From contig JAXLQJ010000033.1 of the NCBI GenBank assembly GCA_046331705.1, forward strand, positions 1 to 64,000: 64,000 bases of DNA. Direction: 5' to 3'. This DNA comes from a bacterium. GTDB lineage: Bacteria > JADJOY01. Below, piece after piece: positions 41,983-51,464 of the stretch (its first letter is position 1; each line of letters begins with the position of its first letter). The notes under the pieces are model-generated. The model worked only from the letters and a program-made list of their open reading frames with translations. It had not been told where the DNA came from and searched no databases. The position numbers and the translations under genes were made by a program.

Positions 41983-43515
41983 ATGTCCGAGCAAGCCGTC
42001 ATCAACGTCGACCTCGCCGACGTGTTCACGCAACCCGATCGAAAGGGTTTCCTGCACACTCTGGCCTGGGGTGACGCCGTCGAGGTGCTCGAGAGGACGC
42101 CCGCGCACCTTCGAGTTCGCGCCGTCTCGTTCGAGAAGCAGCCAGACGGCAGCTTCGTTCCCGTCGACACCGAGGCCTTCATCACACCCACGAAGTCCTC
42201 GGGCATCGAGCCCGCCGGCATCGTCGTGCCCGCCGCGGAGAATCGCGTCCTCAAGGTCAACTTCGTCGACGTGCAGCAAGGGGACGGTGCGGTCATCGAA
42301 TCCCCGGACGGCAAGACCATCCTCGTGGACGGCGGCGACAACCAGCTCTTCGCGCGCTATCTGGCCGCGCGCTTTCGAGGGACGAGCGCGGACGCGCCCA
42401 AGGCGATCGATTGCATTCTCGTGACCCACGGCGACGCGGATCATTTCTCCGGGCTGACCGCGATTCGCGCGTCGGAGACGAACGGGGACCCGAGAAAGCG
42501 TCTCTTCATCGCCCCCCGACGCGTCTTTCACAACGGCTTGGTCAAACGACCGAGCAAGGACGCCCACAAGAAGACCATCCCCGAGAAGGAGCTGCTCGGA
42601 CCGACCACGGTCGCCGGCGGAGACACGATCCTGACGGGGCTCGTCGATCGCCTCGTCGACGTGCCGGACGATGAGATGAACGAGCCGTTTCGAGCCTGGA
42701 AGAAGGCGCTCGCGACCTGGAACGGTCGCACTCCGATCGAGTTTCGCCGGCTCTCCTTCGGCGACGACGATGCGTTCGCCTTCTTCAACCAAGGCGACTT
42801 GAAGATCTCGGTCCTGGGACCGATCGTGACCCGAACGAACGACGTGGTCGGGCTCAAGTTCCTCGGCAACCCGCCGAAGGGACCGCGAATCGGACACGAG
42901 TCACTCGATCTGGACGACGCGAGCTTCAAGGGGTTCTCTGCCTCGCACACCATCAACGGCCACTCGGTGGTGTTCCAGCTGCGGTACGGCGGGTTCCGCT
43001 ATCTCTTCTGCGGCGACCTGAACGACGAAGCGAGTCGAACGCTGGCGCGCAAGCACCAAGCCGGCGAGATCGACCTGCGCTCCGAGGTGTTCAAGGTGCC
43101 CCATCACGGGTCGGCGGATTTCTCCGGCGGGTTGCTCGCGATGGTCGCACCCATCGTCAGCGTGGTTTCCAGCGGCGACGAGTCCGCGAAGAAGGAGTAC
43201 ATCCATCCGCGCGCGACGCTGATGGGCGCGCTGGGCAAGCATTCGCGGGTCGACGAGCCGCTCGTCTTCGTGACGGAGCTGGTGGCCTTCTTCAACCTCG
43301 AGGGCTGGGCGCGATTGACGGATGCCGCCAAGAACGCGAAACGGGGCGAGTTCTTCGCGTTCAGCCGCACGGCGTTCGGCATCGTGAAGACGCGAACCGA
43401 CGGCCAGCGATTGCTCGTCTACACCGACTCCGGCATCGCGGACATGAAGGAAGCGTATGCGTACGCTCTCGATGGGAACGGCCTGCCGGTGCCGTCGGCG
43501 GTGATCCGAGCGTAG
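41983..43515 (+). CDS. ComEC/Rec2-like metallo-beta-lactamase-fold hydrolase with N-terminal SH3-like domain
   Basis: GGAGG RBS; FVDVQQGDG, LVDGG, THGDADH, NGHSVV, FCGD, KVPHHGS, YIHP; no signal peptide or TM. Confidence 0.88.
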   Translation: MSEQAVINVDLADVFTQPDRKGFLHTLAWGDAVEVLERTPAHLRVRAVSFEKQPDGSFVPVDTEAFITPTKSSGIEPAGIVVPAAENRVLKVNFVDVQQGDGAVIESPDGKTILVDGGDNQLFARYLAARFRGTSADAPKAIDCILVTHGDADHFSGLTAIRASETNGDPRKRLFIAPRRVFHNGLVKRPSKDAHKKTIPEKELLGPTTVAGGDTILTGLVDRLVDVPDDEMNEPFRAWKKALATWNGRTPIEFRRLSFGDDDAFAFFNQGDLKISVLGPIVTRTNDVVGLKFLGNPPKGPRIGHESLDLDDASFKGFSASHTINGHSVVFQLRYGGFRYLFCGDLNDEASRTLARKHQAGEIDLRSEVFKVPHHGSADFSGGLLAMVAPIVSVVSSGDESAKKEYIHPRATLMGALGKHSRVDEPLVFVTELVAFFNLEGWARLTDAAKNAKRGEFFAFSRTAFGIVKTRTDGQRLLVYTDSGIADMKEAYAYALDGNGLPVPSAVIRA

Positions 43516-43570
43516 CGACCACCGGGCGCGCGTGACGACGGGGGCGCTGGCGAACGCGCCGCGCGCCGTC

Positions 43571-45082
43571 TCACGCGCTCCGGCGCCGGCGGTCGGCGGG
43601 GCGCCAGTCGTCGACGCGCTCCTTGGGGTGCACGGGGCCGTCGAACGTGAGGGCGAGCGCCCGGTCCACGTCGGTGAGGCCGCGGGTACGGACGTAGAAC
43701 GTGCGACGGTTGATGAGCGCGAAGTAGATGCGGAAATGGAAGAAGCTCTTCACGACCAGCACGTCCGCCCGCCACGGATCGAGCCCCACGTCCCTGTAGA
43801 AGGCGGGCTTCATCACGATCGGCGTGTGCTCGGTGACCACGAGCTTCACGTGGTCGAGATCGAGGACGGCCATGCGACCGAACGGCTCGCGAACGAGGGT
43901 CGCGAGCAAGCGCCCGCGCACGCGCAGCGGTGGGTTGGTGACCGGGTCGATGCGACCGCCCACCTCGAGATCGATCGGCTGGCCGGGCGCCACGGCGGCG
44001 AGCTCCGCGGCGGCGCGCGCGTCGAGGATCGGTGCGTAGGTCACGAGATCCCGACCTTCCTCGAGTAGCGCGCGGATCAGGTTGGTGTTCTCGCCGGTGG
44101 CGCCGGCGGCCACCACGTCGCTCGAATCCGAGAAACACACGACACCGAAGCGGCGCGCCAGCCGTGCGGCGCGCGCCCGCGCGATCGCCTCGCTGGCGCT
44201 CAGGAACGCAGGCGGCATCACGTCGCGAACCGCCCACGCGCGATCGGCCAGCTCGTCGGCGAGGCGATCGGCGAGCGGCGCGTCCCCGTCGGTGATCACG
44301 TGCGCGCTCCAGCCGATCTCGGGGTCGTCGTTCCACAGGTGCACCATGCAGAGACTCGCGTCGAGCACGCGGGGCGCGCGCGCCATCGCCTTCATGCGCG
44401 AGAAGATGGGGCGCATCGTCGGCAGCAGATCCACCGTGGTGCCGCCGCCCAGCACCATCGGCAACGTGCGCCAGCGGTAGACGGGGCGAACGCGGCCGAG
44501 GGCCGTGTCGATCAGGATGCGCCCCGCCCGACGCCCGGTGGAGGCGTGATCGCGGTGGGGGTTGGTGCGGTAAGCGCACGCGAACGTGACGGGTGCCAGC
44601 TTCTTGGCGCAGAGCTGCGCGTGCAGGTCGAAGCTCACCGCCAGCGGCACGTCGGGCCCGATCTCCCGGCGCACCGCCTCGAGCAGCCGGGCCTCGGGGT
44701 GCGGGTCGTGGCGGGTCGTCATGGCGCCGTGGAGCGCCAAGTAGACGCCGTCGACCTTGCCCGCCGCGCGCAAGCGATCGAGGAGCCGCGCCATCGCCGT
44801 CTCGAACGCCTCCTCCGAGAGCGGCCCCGAGGGCACGGCCCACGCGCTGAGGAGCGGCACGCCGACCACCGCGCCGCCCCGCTCGTCCACCGCCTGGACG
44901 AAACCGGAGAGCTCGGCGTTCTTCGCGTAGCCGGCGACCTCCTCACCGTGCCGCGAGCACGCCGCGGCGAGCGCCTCGCCCTCGAGCAGATGGGCGCGCG
45001 CGAATCCCGCGAACGCCGTGTCGACCGGGCTGAACGCGTTGGTCTCGTGGTTGATGCGGCCGTAGGCGATTCGGATCGGCAT
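43571..45082 (-). CDS. M81 family metallopeptidase (MlrC-like)
   Basis: HETNAFS, LALHGAM, FDLHA, YRTNPHRD, DSSDVVAAGA, VVKS. Confidence 0.9.
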   Translation of the reverse strand: MPIRIAYGRINHETNAFSPVDTAFAGFARAHLLEGEALAAACSRHGEEVAGYAKNAELSGFVQAVDERGGAVVGVPLLSAWAVPSGPLSEEAFETAMARLLDRLRAAGKVDGVYLALHGAMTTRHDPHPEARLLEAVRREIGPDVPLAVSFDLHAQLCAKKLAPVTFACAYRTNPHRDHASTGRRAGRILIDTALGRVRPVYRWRTLPMVLGGGTTVDLLPTMRPIFSRMKAMARAPRVLDASLCMVHLWNDDPEIGWSAHVITDGDAPLADRLADELADRAWAVRDVMPPAFLSASEAIARARAARLARRFGVVCFSDSSDVVAAGATGENTNLIRALLEEGRDLVTYAPILDARAAAELAAVAPGQPIDLEVGGRIDPVTNPPLRVRGRLLATLVREPFGRMAVLDLDHVKLVVTEHTPIVMKPAFYRDVGLDPWRADVLVVKSFFHFRIYFALINRRTFYVRTRGLTDVDRALALTFDGPVHPKERVDDWRPADRRRRSA

Positions 45083-45210
45083 GACGTCCTCGCTGCCGCG
45101 ACCGTAGCGCAGTGCCGTCGTCGCGAGAATGACGCTCTTTCCGGTTGCCCGGGCAACGCGGAATCGCTTACAACCGGGCGCCGCGCATCGATTGCCCACT
45201 CCTCGAGCTC

Positions 45211-46605
45211 ATGATCTCTCGCCCCCGCGACCGCTCGCTCGCACGTCGCCCCGCGGTCGCCGCGCTGATCGCGGCCGGCCTCGTCGCGCAACTGGTGCTG
45301 CCGGGCACCGCCACCGCCACCAACTATCGGCTCTTCGGCCCGGGACCGCGCTATGCGGCGATGGCGGGCGCGTTCACGGCCGTGGCCGATGACTTCACGG
45401 GCGGCTACGCCAATCCGGCGGCGATCATCCAGAAGACGTCGACGCGCATCGGCCTCGGCTACCAGTACGCGTACATGGACCTCTCGGCCGATGGCGAGCA
45501 CGACAAGCGCGGCGAGGGAACCGACGGACTCTACTTGGGCTTCGTGTTCACGCTGCCCTTCATCGACTGGCTCAAGGATCGCGTGGCGTTCGGCTACAAC
45601 TACTTCCAGCCCGTCGACTACGTGCTCTCGCTGCAGGTGCCGGCGGCCACCACGCCGCAATTCGTGCTGCTGGAGCAGTACCCGCGCGCCAACGTCATGC
45701 ACGCGGCTTTCGCGTCCGATCCGCTGCCCTGGCTCTTGCTGGGCTTCGGCGCGAGCTTCAACGCGGATCTCGGCGGTGGGCTCGATCTCAAGCCCGGCAT
45801 CCGCAGCTTGAACGGCGTGTCCTCGATCCTGACCACCGTGGATCAGGAGTCGAAGTCGCTGTTCTCGCCGGACGCCGGTGCCTTCGTGAAGGGCGGCGAG
45901 CTGACCAGCGGGCTCGACGGCTGGACCTTCGGTTTCACGTGGCGCTACCGCTACCAGGTCGATCTGCAGATCCCGCTCACGATCCTCCTGTCGGGGATCC
46001 CGCTCAAGCTGGACTTCACGTCGACGCTCCTCTACACGCCCGAGACCTACACGCTGGGCGCCGCGTATCACTTCGGCAACCACGGCGAGGACGGCGTGGT
46101 GGCGCTCGATCTCGCGTACAACCGCTACTCGAGATTCGAGTCGCCCTCGCTGGTCATCGACACCGACATCGACATCCCGATCCTGCCGCTCGAGCTGAAG
46201 AGCGGGCCGGCGATCGACCCGCGCTTTCACGACACGTTCACCCCGCGCGTCGGCGCCGACTACCGCGTCTTCGACGGCGACTCGCTCGAGGTCTGGCTGC
46301 GCGGCGGGTACGCGTTCGATCCCTCGCCCGCGCCGCAGCAAACCCGCACCACCAACTTCCTCGACGGCGACAAGCACATCTTCGGGATCGGCACCGGCCT
46401 CGCGGCGAAGCAGCTCTTCGGCACCGACGTCTCGAAGTCGAAGCCGACGTTCAACCTCACCTTCCAGACCCAGCTGCTGAGCAAGGTGAGCGCGGTCAAG
46501 AACGCGGACGTGCCCGAGCAGAACCCCGGCTGGCCGGACGTGCGCGGCCACGGCACGGTCTACTACCTGGGTGCGGCGATCAGCGCCGACACGAGTGTTC
46601 CGTGA
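45211..46605 (+). CDS. FadL/OmpP1-like outer membrane beta-barrel (copy 1)
   Basis: Signal peptide; FGPGPRYAAMAGAFTAVADD..YANPAA hatch motif; FHDTFTPRVG, LRGGYAFDPSP.P.QT..TNFLD. Confidence 0.85.
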   Translation: MISRPRDRSLARRPAVAALIAAGLVAQLVLPGTATATNYRLFGPGPRYAAMAGAFTAVADDFTGGYANPAAIIQKTSTRIGLGYQYAYMDLSADGEHDKRGEGTDGLYLGFVFTLPFIDWLKDRVAFGYNYFQPVDYVLSLQVPAATTPQFVLLEQYPRANVMHAAFASDPLPWLLLGFGASFNADLGGGLDLKPGIRSLNGVSSILTTVDQESKSLFSPDAGAFVKGGELTSGLDGWTFGFTWRYRYQVDLQIPLTILLSGIPLKLDFTSTLLYTPETYTLGAAYHFGNHGEDGVVALDLAYNRYSRFESPSLVIDTDIDIPILPLELKSGPAIDPRFHDTFTPRVGADYRVFDGDSLEVWLRGGYAFDPSPAPQQTRTTNFLDGDKHIFGIGTGLAAKQLFGTDVSKSKPTFNLTFQTQLLSKVSAVKNADVPEQNPGWPDVRGHGTVYYLGAAISADTSVP

Positions 46606-48017
46606 GTCAGCGCCGCCTCCAGAAGCGCGACGGCGAATCGGCGCGAGCAGGCGCTGCGGGGCGCGCCGTGCGCGGGCACGCCAGAGGCCTGGCGGTGGCG
46701 CTGGGGATCGCGCTCGCGTCGGCGACCGCTGCCCGCGCCAATCCCTTCGACGCGTACGGCGTGGGCTCGCGATCCGCGGGCATGGCCAGCGCCGTCACCG
46801 CGGTGGTCCAAGACTTCGGGTCCGTCTACTACAACCCGGCCGGGCTCGCTCAGAACGGCGGCATGGAAGCGAGCTTCGGCTACTTCTACGCACCGCCCAC
46901 CCTCGAGATCAACGGCAAGGACGTGAACGAGGACACCACCAGCGGGCTGGTGGCGGGCTTCGTGTCGCCGCCGATGGAGCTGCCGGGCGGCATCAAGATG
47001 TCGGGCGGCGGGCTCTTCCATCTGCCCGACAAGCGCGTCGCGCGCACGCTCGCGATCCCGTACGACCAGCCGACCTACGTGCTCTACGGGGCCCGCAATC
47101 AGCGCACGATGGTGATGTTCCCGTTCTGCTTCGAGCTCGCGCCGTGGATCTCGGTGGGCGCGGGGATCTCGCTCTTCGTCGATTCGAGCGGCGGCCCCGA
47201 CTTCACGCTGCGCGAGGACCGCCCAGACAACGAGGGCCTCTTCAGCGAGGGCACGATCTCCGCGACCCAGCACGGACGCTTCTATCCGGTGGCGGGAATG
47301 CTCGTGCACCCCGCCGAGGGATTCCGCATCGGCTTCGACTACCGCAGCAAGAACGAGGCGCTCTACGAAGTGCCCATCGACGTGAGCATCGAGGCGCTGC
47401 ACATCTTCAACATCCCATTCGACGTGCTGCCCGAGTCCAAGATCGTGCTGCGCCAGCAGGTGTTCAGCTTCTTCAGCCCGGATCAGTTCACGCTCGGCAC
47501 GGCGTGGAACGCCACCGAGGACCTGCTGCTCACCGCCGACGTCACCTACGCGCTGTGGTCGGCGTTCCAGCAGCCCTCGCCGGAAGGCGCCACCACCTAC
47601 GAAGGTGGGCTGGCGCTGCTGCTGGGCGCCAACCCGAACTTCGGCCTGCCGCCGCCGGACTTCCACGACATCGTGATCCCCGCGGCCGGCGCCGAGTGGC
47701 GCTTCCACCACGACGAGTCGATGGAGCTCTTCCTGCGCGGCGGTTATCGCTTCCGCCCCACGCCCGCGCCGACGCCCAAGGGGTTCAACAACTTCGCGGA
47801 CACCAACGTGCACGTCATCGCGCTGGGCCTCGGCGGGCGATTCCCGCATTTGCTCTCGGTGGTGCGCGGCCCCATCGACATCGACGTCCACGCCCAATAC
47901 CTCCACCTCGAGGAACGCCTGGCGCGGAAGGACAACCCGGTCGCCGACGCGTACGGCGACTTCACCATGGGTGGCTACGTGCTGGTCGGCGGCGCCACGG
48001 CGACGCTGCGATTCTGA
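46602..48017 (+). CDS. FadL/OmpP1-like outer membrane beta-barrel (copy 2)
   Basis: GTGA overlap; signal ..ATAARA-N; YGVGSRSAGMASAVTA..YYNPAGL; FHDIVIP, LRGGYRFRPTP; C-terminal Phe (TLRF). Confidence 0.88.
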   Translation: MSQRRLQKRDGESARAGAAGRAVRGHARGLAVALGIALASATAARANPFDAYGVGSRSAGMASAVTAVVQDFGSVYYNPAGLAQNGGMEASFGYFYAPPTLEINGKDVNEDTTSGLVAGFVSPPMELPGGIKMSGGGLFHLPDKRVARTLAIPYDQPTYVLYGARNQRTMVMFPFCFELAPWISVGAGISLFVDSSGGPDFTLREDRPDNEGLFSEGTISATQHGRFYPVAGMLVHPAEGFRIGFDYRSKNEALYEVPIDVSIEALHIFNIPFDVLPESKIVLRQQVFSFFSPDQFTLGTAWNATEDLLLTADVTYALWSAFQQPSPEGATTYEGGLALLLGANPNFGLPPPDFHDIVIPAAGAEWRFHHDESMELFLRGGYRFRPTPAPTPKGFNNFADTNVHVIALGLGGRFPHLLSVVRGPIDIDVHAQYLHLEERLARKDNPVADAYGDFTMGGYVLVGGATATLRF

Positions 48018-49363
48018 TGAGCGCGAATCCGCACCGCGGCTCGATCCGCTCGTTCCCGCACGCCGTCGCCAGGTGGCGGCGGGCGCGAGGGCGCATGGCG
48101 CGCGCCGCCGCGCTCGGACTGGTGGCGCTCGGGCTCGGGTGCGGCTTCACCGCGAGCAAGGGCAACGAGCCGAGCGGCAGCGAGAACCTCCCCACCAGCG
48201 GCGTCGGCCCGTTCCTCAAGCAGGACTTCTACTGCAACACCCAGCTCGTGCAGCCGTTCATCCTGACCTCGCCCGCCGACGCTCAGCGCGGCGGGCCGAC
48301 GTTCGTGCGCGAACCGGACGGAACCTTTCAGATCTGGTCCGAGCTGCGCAGCGGCGATGGCTCGCGGATCCTGCGCAACCAGCTCACGCTCTTGCCCGGC
48401 ACCCAATGCCGCGACTTCGACGTGAGCGTGACCGCGGACGAGACCGCCCTCGACGCAGCGGACGCGTGGGAAGCAGGCGCTGTCGGCGCGCCCACCGTGC
48501 TCGCCCAGGACGGCCATTATCGGATGTGGTTCGAGGGTGGGCGCTACGCAGGCATCGGTTACGCCGAGTCGAACGACGGCCTCCACTGGACGCGGCGCTC
48601 CGCGAACCCGGTGCTCGTTCCCGATCAACGCTGGGAGGCCGGCACCATCGGCTCGCCGACGGTCGTCTTTCGCGATGGGCTCTACCGCATGTGGTACGAC
48701 GGCAACGTGAACGCCGCGCGCGCCATCGGGTACGCGGAGTCGAGCGACGGCGTGACGTGGACCAAGCGCGATGCCTTCGGCCGCTCCTCCGCCGGAGGCC
48801 ACGACGACGTGGTGCCCGTGCTCACGGCCGACCAGACCACGTGGGAATTCTTCAAGCCCACGGATTCCGCGGGCAGCGTGGGAGCGCCATCGGTGGTCGT
48901 GCACCACGATCCGCTGCGGACCTATTACCTGCTCTACTACACGGGCAATCTGCGCGGCCGTCTCGACACGCGCTTCGACGACGTCGATTCCTCGATCGGC
49001 ATCGCTTTCTCCGAGAACGGGCTGGATTGGACCAAGGCGCCCAACAAGCGCGAATGCGAAGAGTTCGAGTGCCCGGCCAACGAGATCAACCCCAACGTGG
49101 CCGAGAAGCTGCCGATCTCGCTCGGGCCCAAGGTGGACGGCAGCTTCAACTCGTTCTCGGCGTTCTCGATCGTGGACGAGGCCGAGCCAGCGGTGGTCGA
49201 GGTGCCCGAGGAGCTCACGTTCTTCTTGCTCTGGCACCAGGTGGACCAGATCAACGCCAAGGTCGCGCCCAGCCTGCCCCCTGACGATTCGAGCCTCCCG
49301 CCCGACGGCTTCACGGGTGCGACGGGCATCGGGTTCGCGTTCGCCAACAACCTGCCGAGCTGA
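48017..49363 (+). CDS. Five-bladed beta-propeller glycosidase-like lipoprotein (GH43/32/130-type fold)
   Basis: TGATG overlap; lipobox LGLG-C; three repeats of G.P.V..Y.(M/L)(W/Y)..G..IG.A.S..G..WT. Confidence 0.75.
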   Translation: MSANPHRGSIRSFPHAVARWRRARGRMARAAALGLVALGLGCGFTASKGNEPSGSENLPTSGVGPFLKQDFYCNTQLVQPFILTSPADAQRGGPTFVREPDGTFQIWSELRSGDGSRILRNQLTLLPGTQCRDFDVSVTADETALDAADAWEAGAVGAPTVLAQDGHYRMWFEGGRYAGIGYAESNDGLHWTRRSANPVLVPDQRWEAGTIGSPTVVFRDGLYRMWYDGNVNAARAIGYAESSDGVTWTKRDAFGRSSAGGHDDVVPVLTADQTTWEFFKPTDSAGSVGAPSVVVHHDPLRTYYLLYYTGNLRGRLDTRFDDVDSSIGIAFSENGLDWTKAPNKRECEEFECPANEINPNVAEKLPISLGPKVDGSFNSFSAFSIVDEAEPAVVEVPEELTFFLLWHQVDQINAKVAPSLPPDDSSLPPDGFTGATGIGFAFANNLPS

Positions 49364-49396
49364 CCCGCCGCCGGCGACGGCCACGAAGTGGGTCCG

Positions 49397-51355
49397 ATGG
49401 CGGCACGCCTCGCGCTCACCCAGCCCAGGTGCGCGGACGTGAGCGCGCCGCGCGCGCTCGGCGAGCGTGCGATCGACGCGCTCACCCGGATCTTCCCGTG
49501 CCGCTCGGCGCTCTACTCGATCGTCATCGGCCTCGTGCTCGCGGCGGGGCTGCCGATCGCGAGCAACCCGTTCGTCGACCAAGCGCTGCCAGGGCTCGCC
49601 AGCGGACTGCTGTGGGGGCCGGGAAGCGCCCCCGCGTTGATGCTCTGGGGTCCGCTGGGACTCGGATGCGCGGGCGGCACGATCCTGGTGCTCGGCATTC
49701 GCGTCGTGGCGCGCGCGCTTGCGGCTTGCGCCGCACGAATCCGCCGAACGAGCGGGCGCACCGAGAGCGAGGCTCCACCGAGTCCCGCCGCGGGCGAGCC
49801 AGGCGAGGCGCTCGTCGCCCGCATCGCCGCGGCCTCGCCCGCTCGACGGCGCGCGCTGGCGTTGGCGCTCGCCGCCGGCTGGATCGCCTTCAGCGTGCTC
49901 GCGATGCGCCGCGCGCTCTTCACCGCGGTGGCCGCGATGGCGCTCGCGAGCGTGTGGCTCGACGTGTGGGGATCGCTGCGAGCGCGTCGTTCGATTCCGG
50001 TGCTTCGTCTCGGCTGGCTCGGTCGGCTGTGGTGGGCGCCGTTCGTGCTCGCCACCTGGTACGGCGTCTTCGGGCTGGTCCTCACCGCCCTCGCGATCCA
50101 GCCGGGCCCGATGGCGCTCGCCGTCGAGTGCGCGCTGGCCACGGCGTTCGCGCTGGGCGTCGCGCTGCGGCGGCGCTGGGGCGCGCACGGACTCGCGCTC
50201 GCCGCTGGCGCAGGCGCGATCGTCGCCGCGGCGTCGCTGCGCTTCGTCCCGGCGCCGGTGGCCGGCGTCGCCGAGCTCCCACCCGCGGCCAGCTGGCTCG
50301 CCTGGGCAGCGGGTCTCGTCGCCTGGGTCGGGGCAGCGCAGCGCGACCGCCGTGTCGGCGGGGGCGCCGATGGTAAGGGGGGCGGCGAGCTGCGCGCGCT
50401 CGGCGCGCTCGCACCCCTCACGGCGATGCTGGTTTGCGCGGGATTCCAGATCGAGCGCGGCCGCGGCGTGGACACCGCCGAGACACGCAAGCTCAGCGAC
50501 GTCACCGCGATCTACGATCTGCGCTTCGAGCCGGAGACGCGCCGCCTCTACTTCTCGAGCCGGGGCGAGGAGGCCACGCTCGGCTGGATCGAGGTCGACA
50601 CGCGCGAGACCCGCGTGCTGCCCGCGGGCGCGTTCGAGAATCCGCAGCGCCTCGCGATCTCCCGCGCCGCGCACGCGCTCGTGGTCAGCAGCCCGCGCGG
50701 CGCCATTCGCCTCGACCTCGACGACTTCGCGGATCTGCGGCAGCTCGAGCGCCACTCGAGCGTCGACGTCGCGGTCGCGAACGGCCGCACCGCCATCCTC
50801 GCCGGCGAGCAGAACCGCACGGTGCGGACGCTCGATCTGGTCTCGGGCGAGCAGCGCGCGTTCACGCTCCCCGGCCTCTACCGCTGGCCGTACTCGCTGC
50901 TGTGGAGCGCCGAGCTCGATCGGCTCTTCGTCGCCGACTGGATGGCGAGCCCGTGGCTGAGCGCGGTCCGGCTCGACGGCACGCCGATCGCCACCCGCTG
51001 GGTCGGCTTCATGAATGCCGGCACCTGTGTGCTTCCGGGGCGCAACGCGCTGCTGGTGGCGCGCATGTTCAGCCGCCGCGTCGACGAGCTCGACGCGCAG
51101 ACCCTCGAGCGGCGCGGCTCGATCCCCGTGGGCTTCGGCGTGCGCGAGATCGATTGCGATCCCGCGCGCGGCTGGCTGGTGGCGCTGGACCATTTCCGCG
51201 GCGTGCTGTCGGTGCTCGATCTGACCAGCCACCGCACGCTCGCGACCACGCGCATCGCCTCGGGCGCCCGAGCGGTGGCGTACGACGCCTCCACCCGTAC
51301 GGTCTACGCCGGCTCGCGCTCCGGGATCTTCGTGTGGCCGCTGGCGCTCGACTGA
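49397..51355 (+). CDS. Polytopic membrane protein fused to C-terminal YncE-like beta-propeller
   Basis: Many TM segments in the N-terminal ~350 aa; C-terminal RLYFS, RLFVAD, IPVG..VREI..D, TRTVYAG propeller blades. Confidence 0.7.
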   Translation: MAARLALTQPRCADVSAPRALGERAIDALTRIFPCRSALYSIVIGLVLAAGLPIASNPFVDQALPGLASGLLWGPGSAPALMLWGPLGLGCAGGTILVLGIRVVARALAACAARIRRTSGRTESEAPPSPAAGEPGEALVARIAAASPARRRALALALAAGWIAFSVLAMRRALFTAVAAMALASVWLDVWGSLRARRSIPVLRLGWLGRLWWAPFVLATWYGVFGLVLTALAIQPGPMALAVECALATAFALGVALRRRWGAHGLALAAGAGAIVAAASLRFVPAPVAGVAELPPAASWLAWAAGLVAWVGAAQRDRRVGGGADGKGGGELRALGALAPLTAMLVCAGFQIERGRGVDTAETRKLSDVTAIYDLRFEPETRRLYFSSRGEEATLGWIEVDTRETRVLPAGAFENPQRLAISRAAHALVVSSPRGAIRLDLDDFADLRQLERHSSVDVAVANGRTAILAGEQNRTVRTLDLVSGEQRAFTLPGLYRWPYSLLWSAELDRLFVADWMASPWLSAVRLDGTPIATRWVGFMNAGTCVLPGRNALLVARMFSRRVDELDAQTLERRGSIPVGFGVREIDCDPARGWLVALDHFRGVLSVLDLTSHRTLATTRIASGARAVAYDASTRTVYAGSRSGIFVWPLALD

Positions 51356-51464
51356 GCGTCGCGGGCGCCCTGCGTGGCGCAGCTTCCGCTCGGTTGCGAC
51401 CCTCCGGGGCGCATGGAACACTCGCCGCGCCGCCCGAGCCCTCTCGCGCCGCGGGAAACGAGCC

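Noticed and set aside
36440-43515. Run of short unrelated co-oriented genes resembling an integron cassette array
   Set aside because: No repeated attC-like sites (RYYYAAC...GTTRRRY) between genes and no integrase; only an isolated GTTAGCA near 36542
43571-45082. Microcystin degradation (mlr) cluster
   Set aside because: Only a generic M81 peptidase; no mlrA/B/D neighbours
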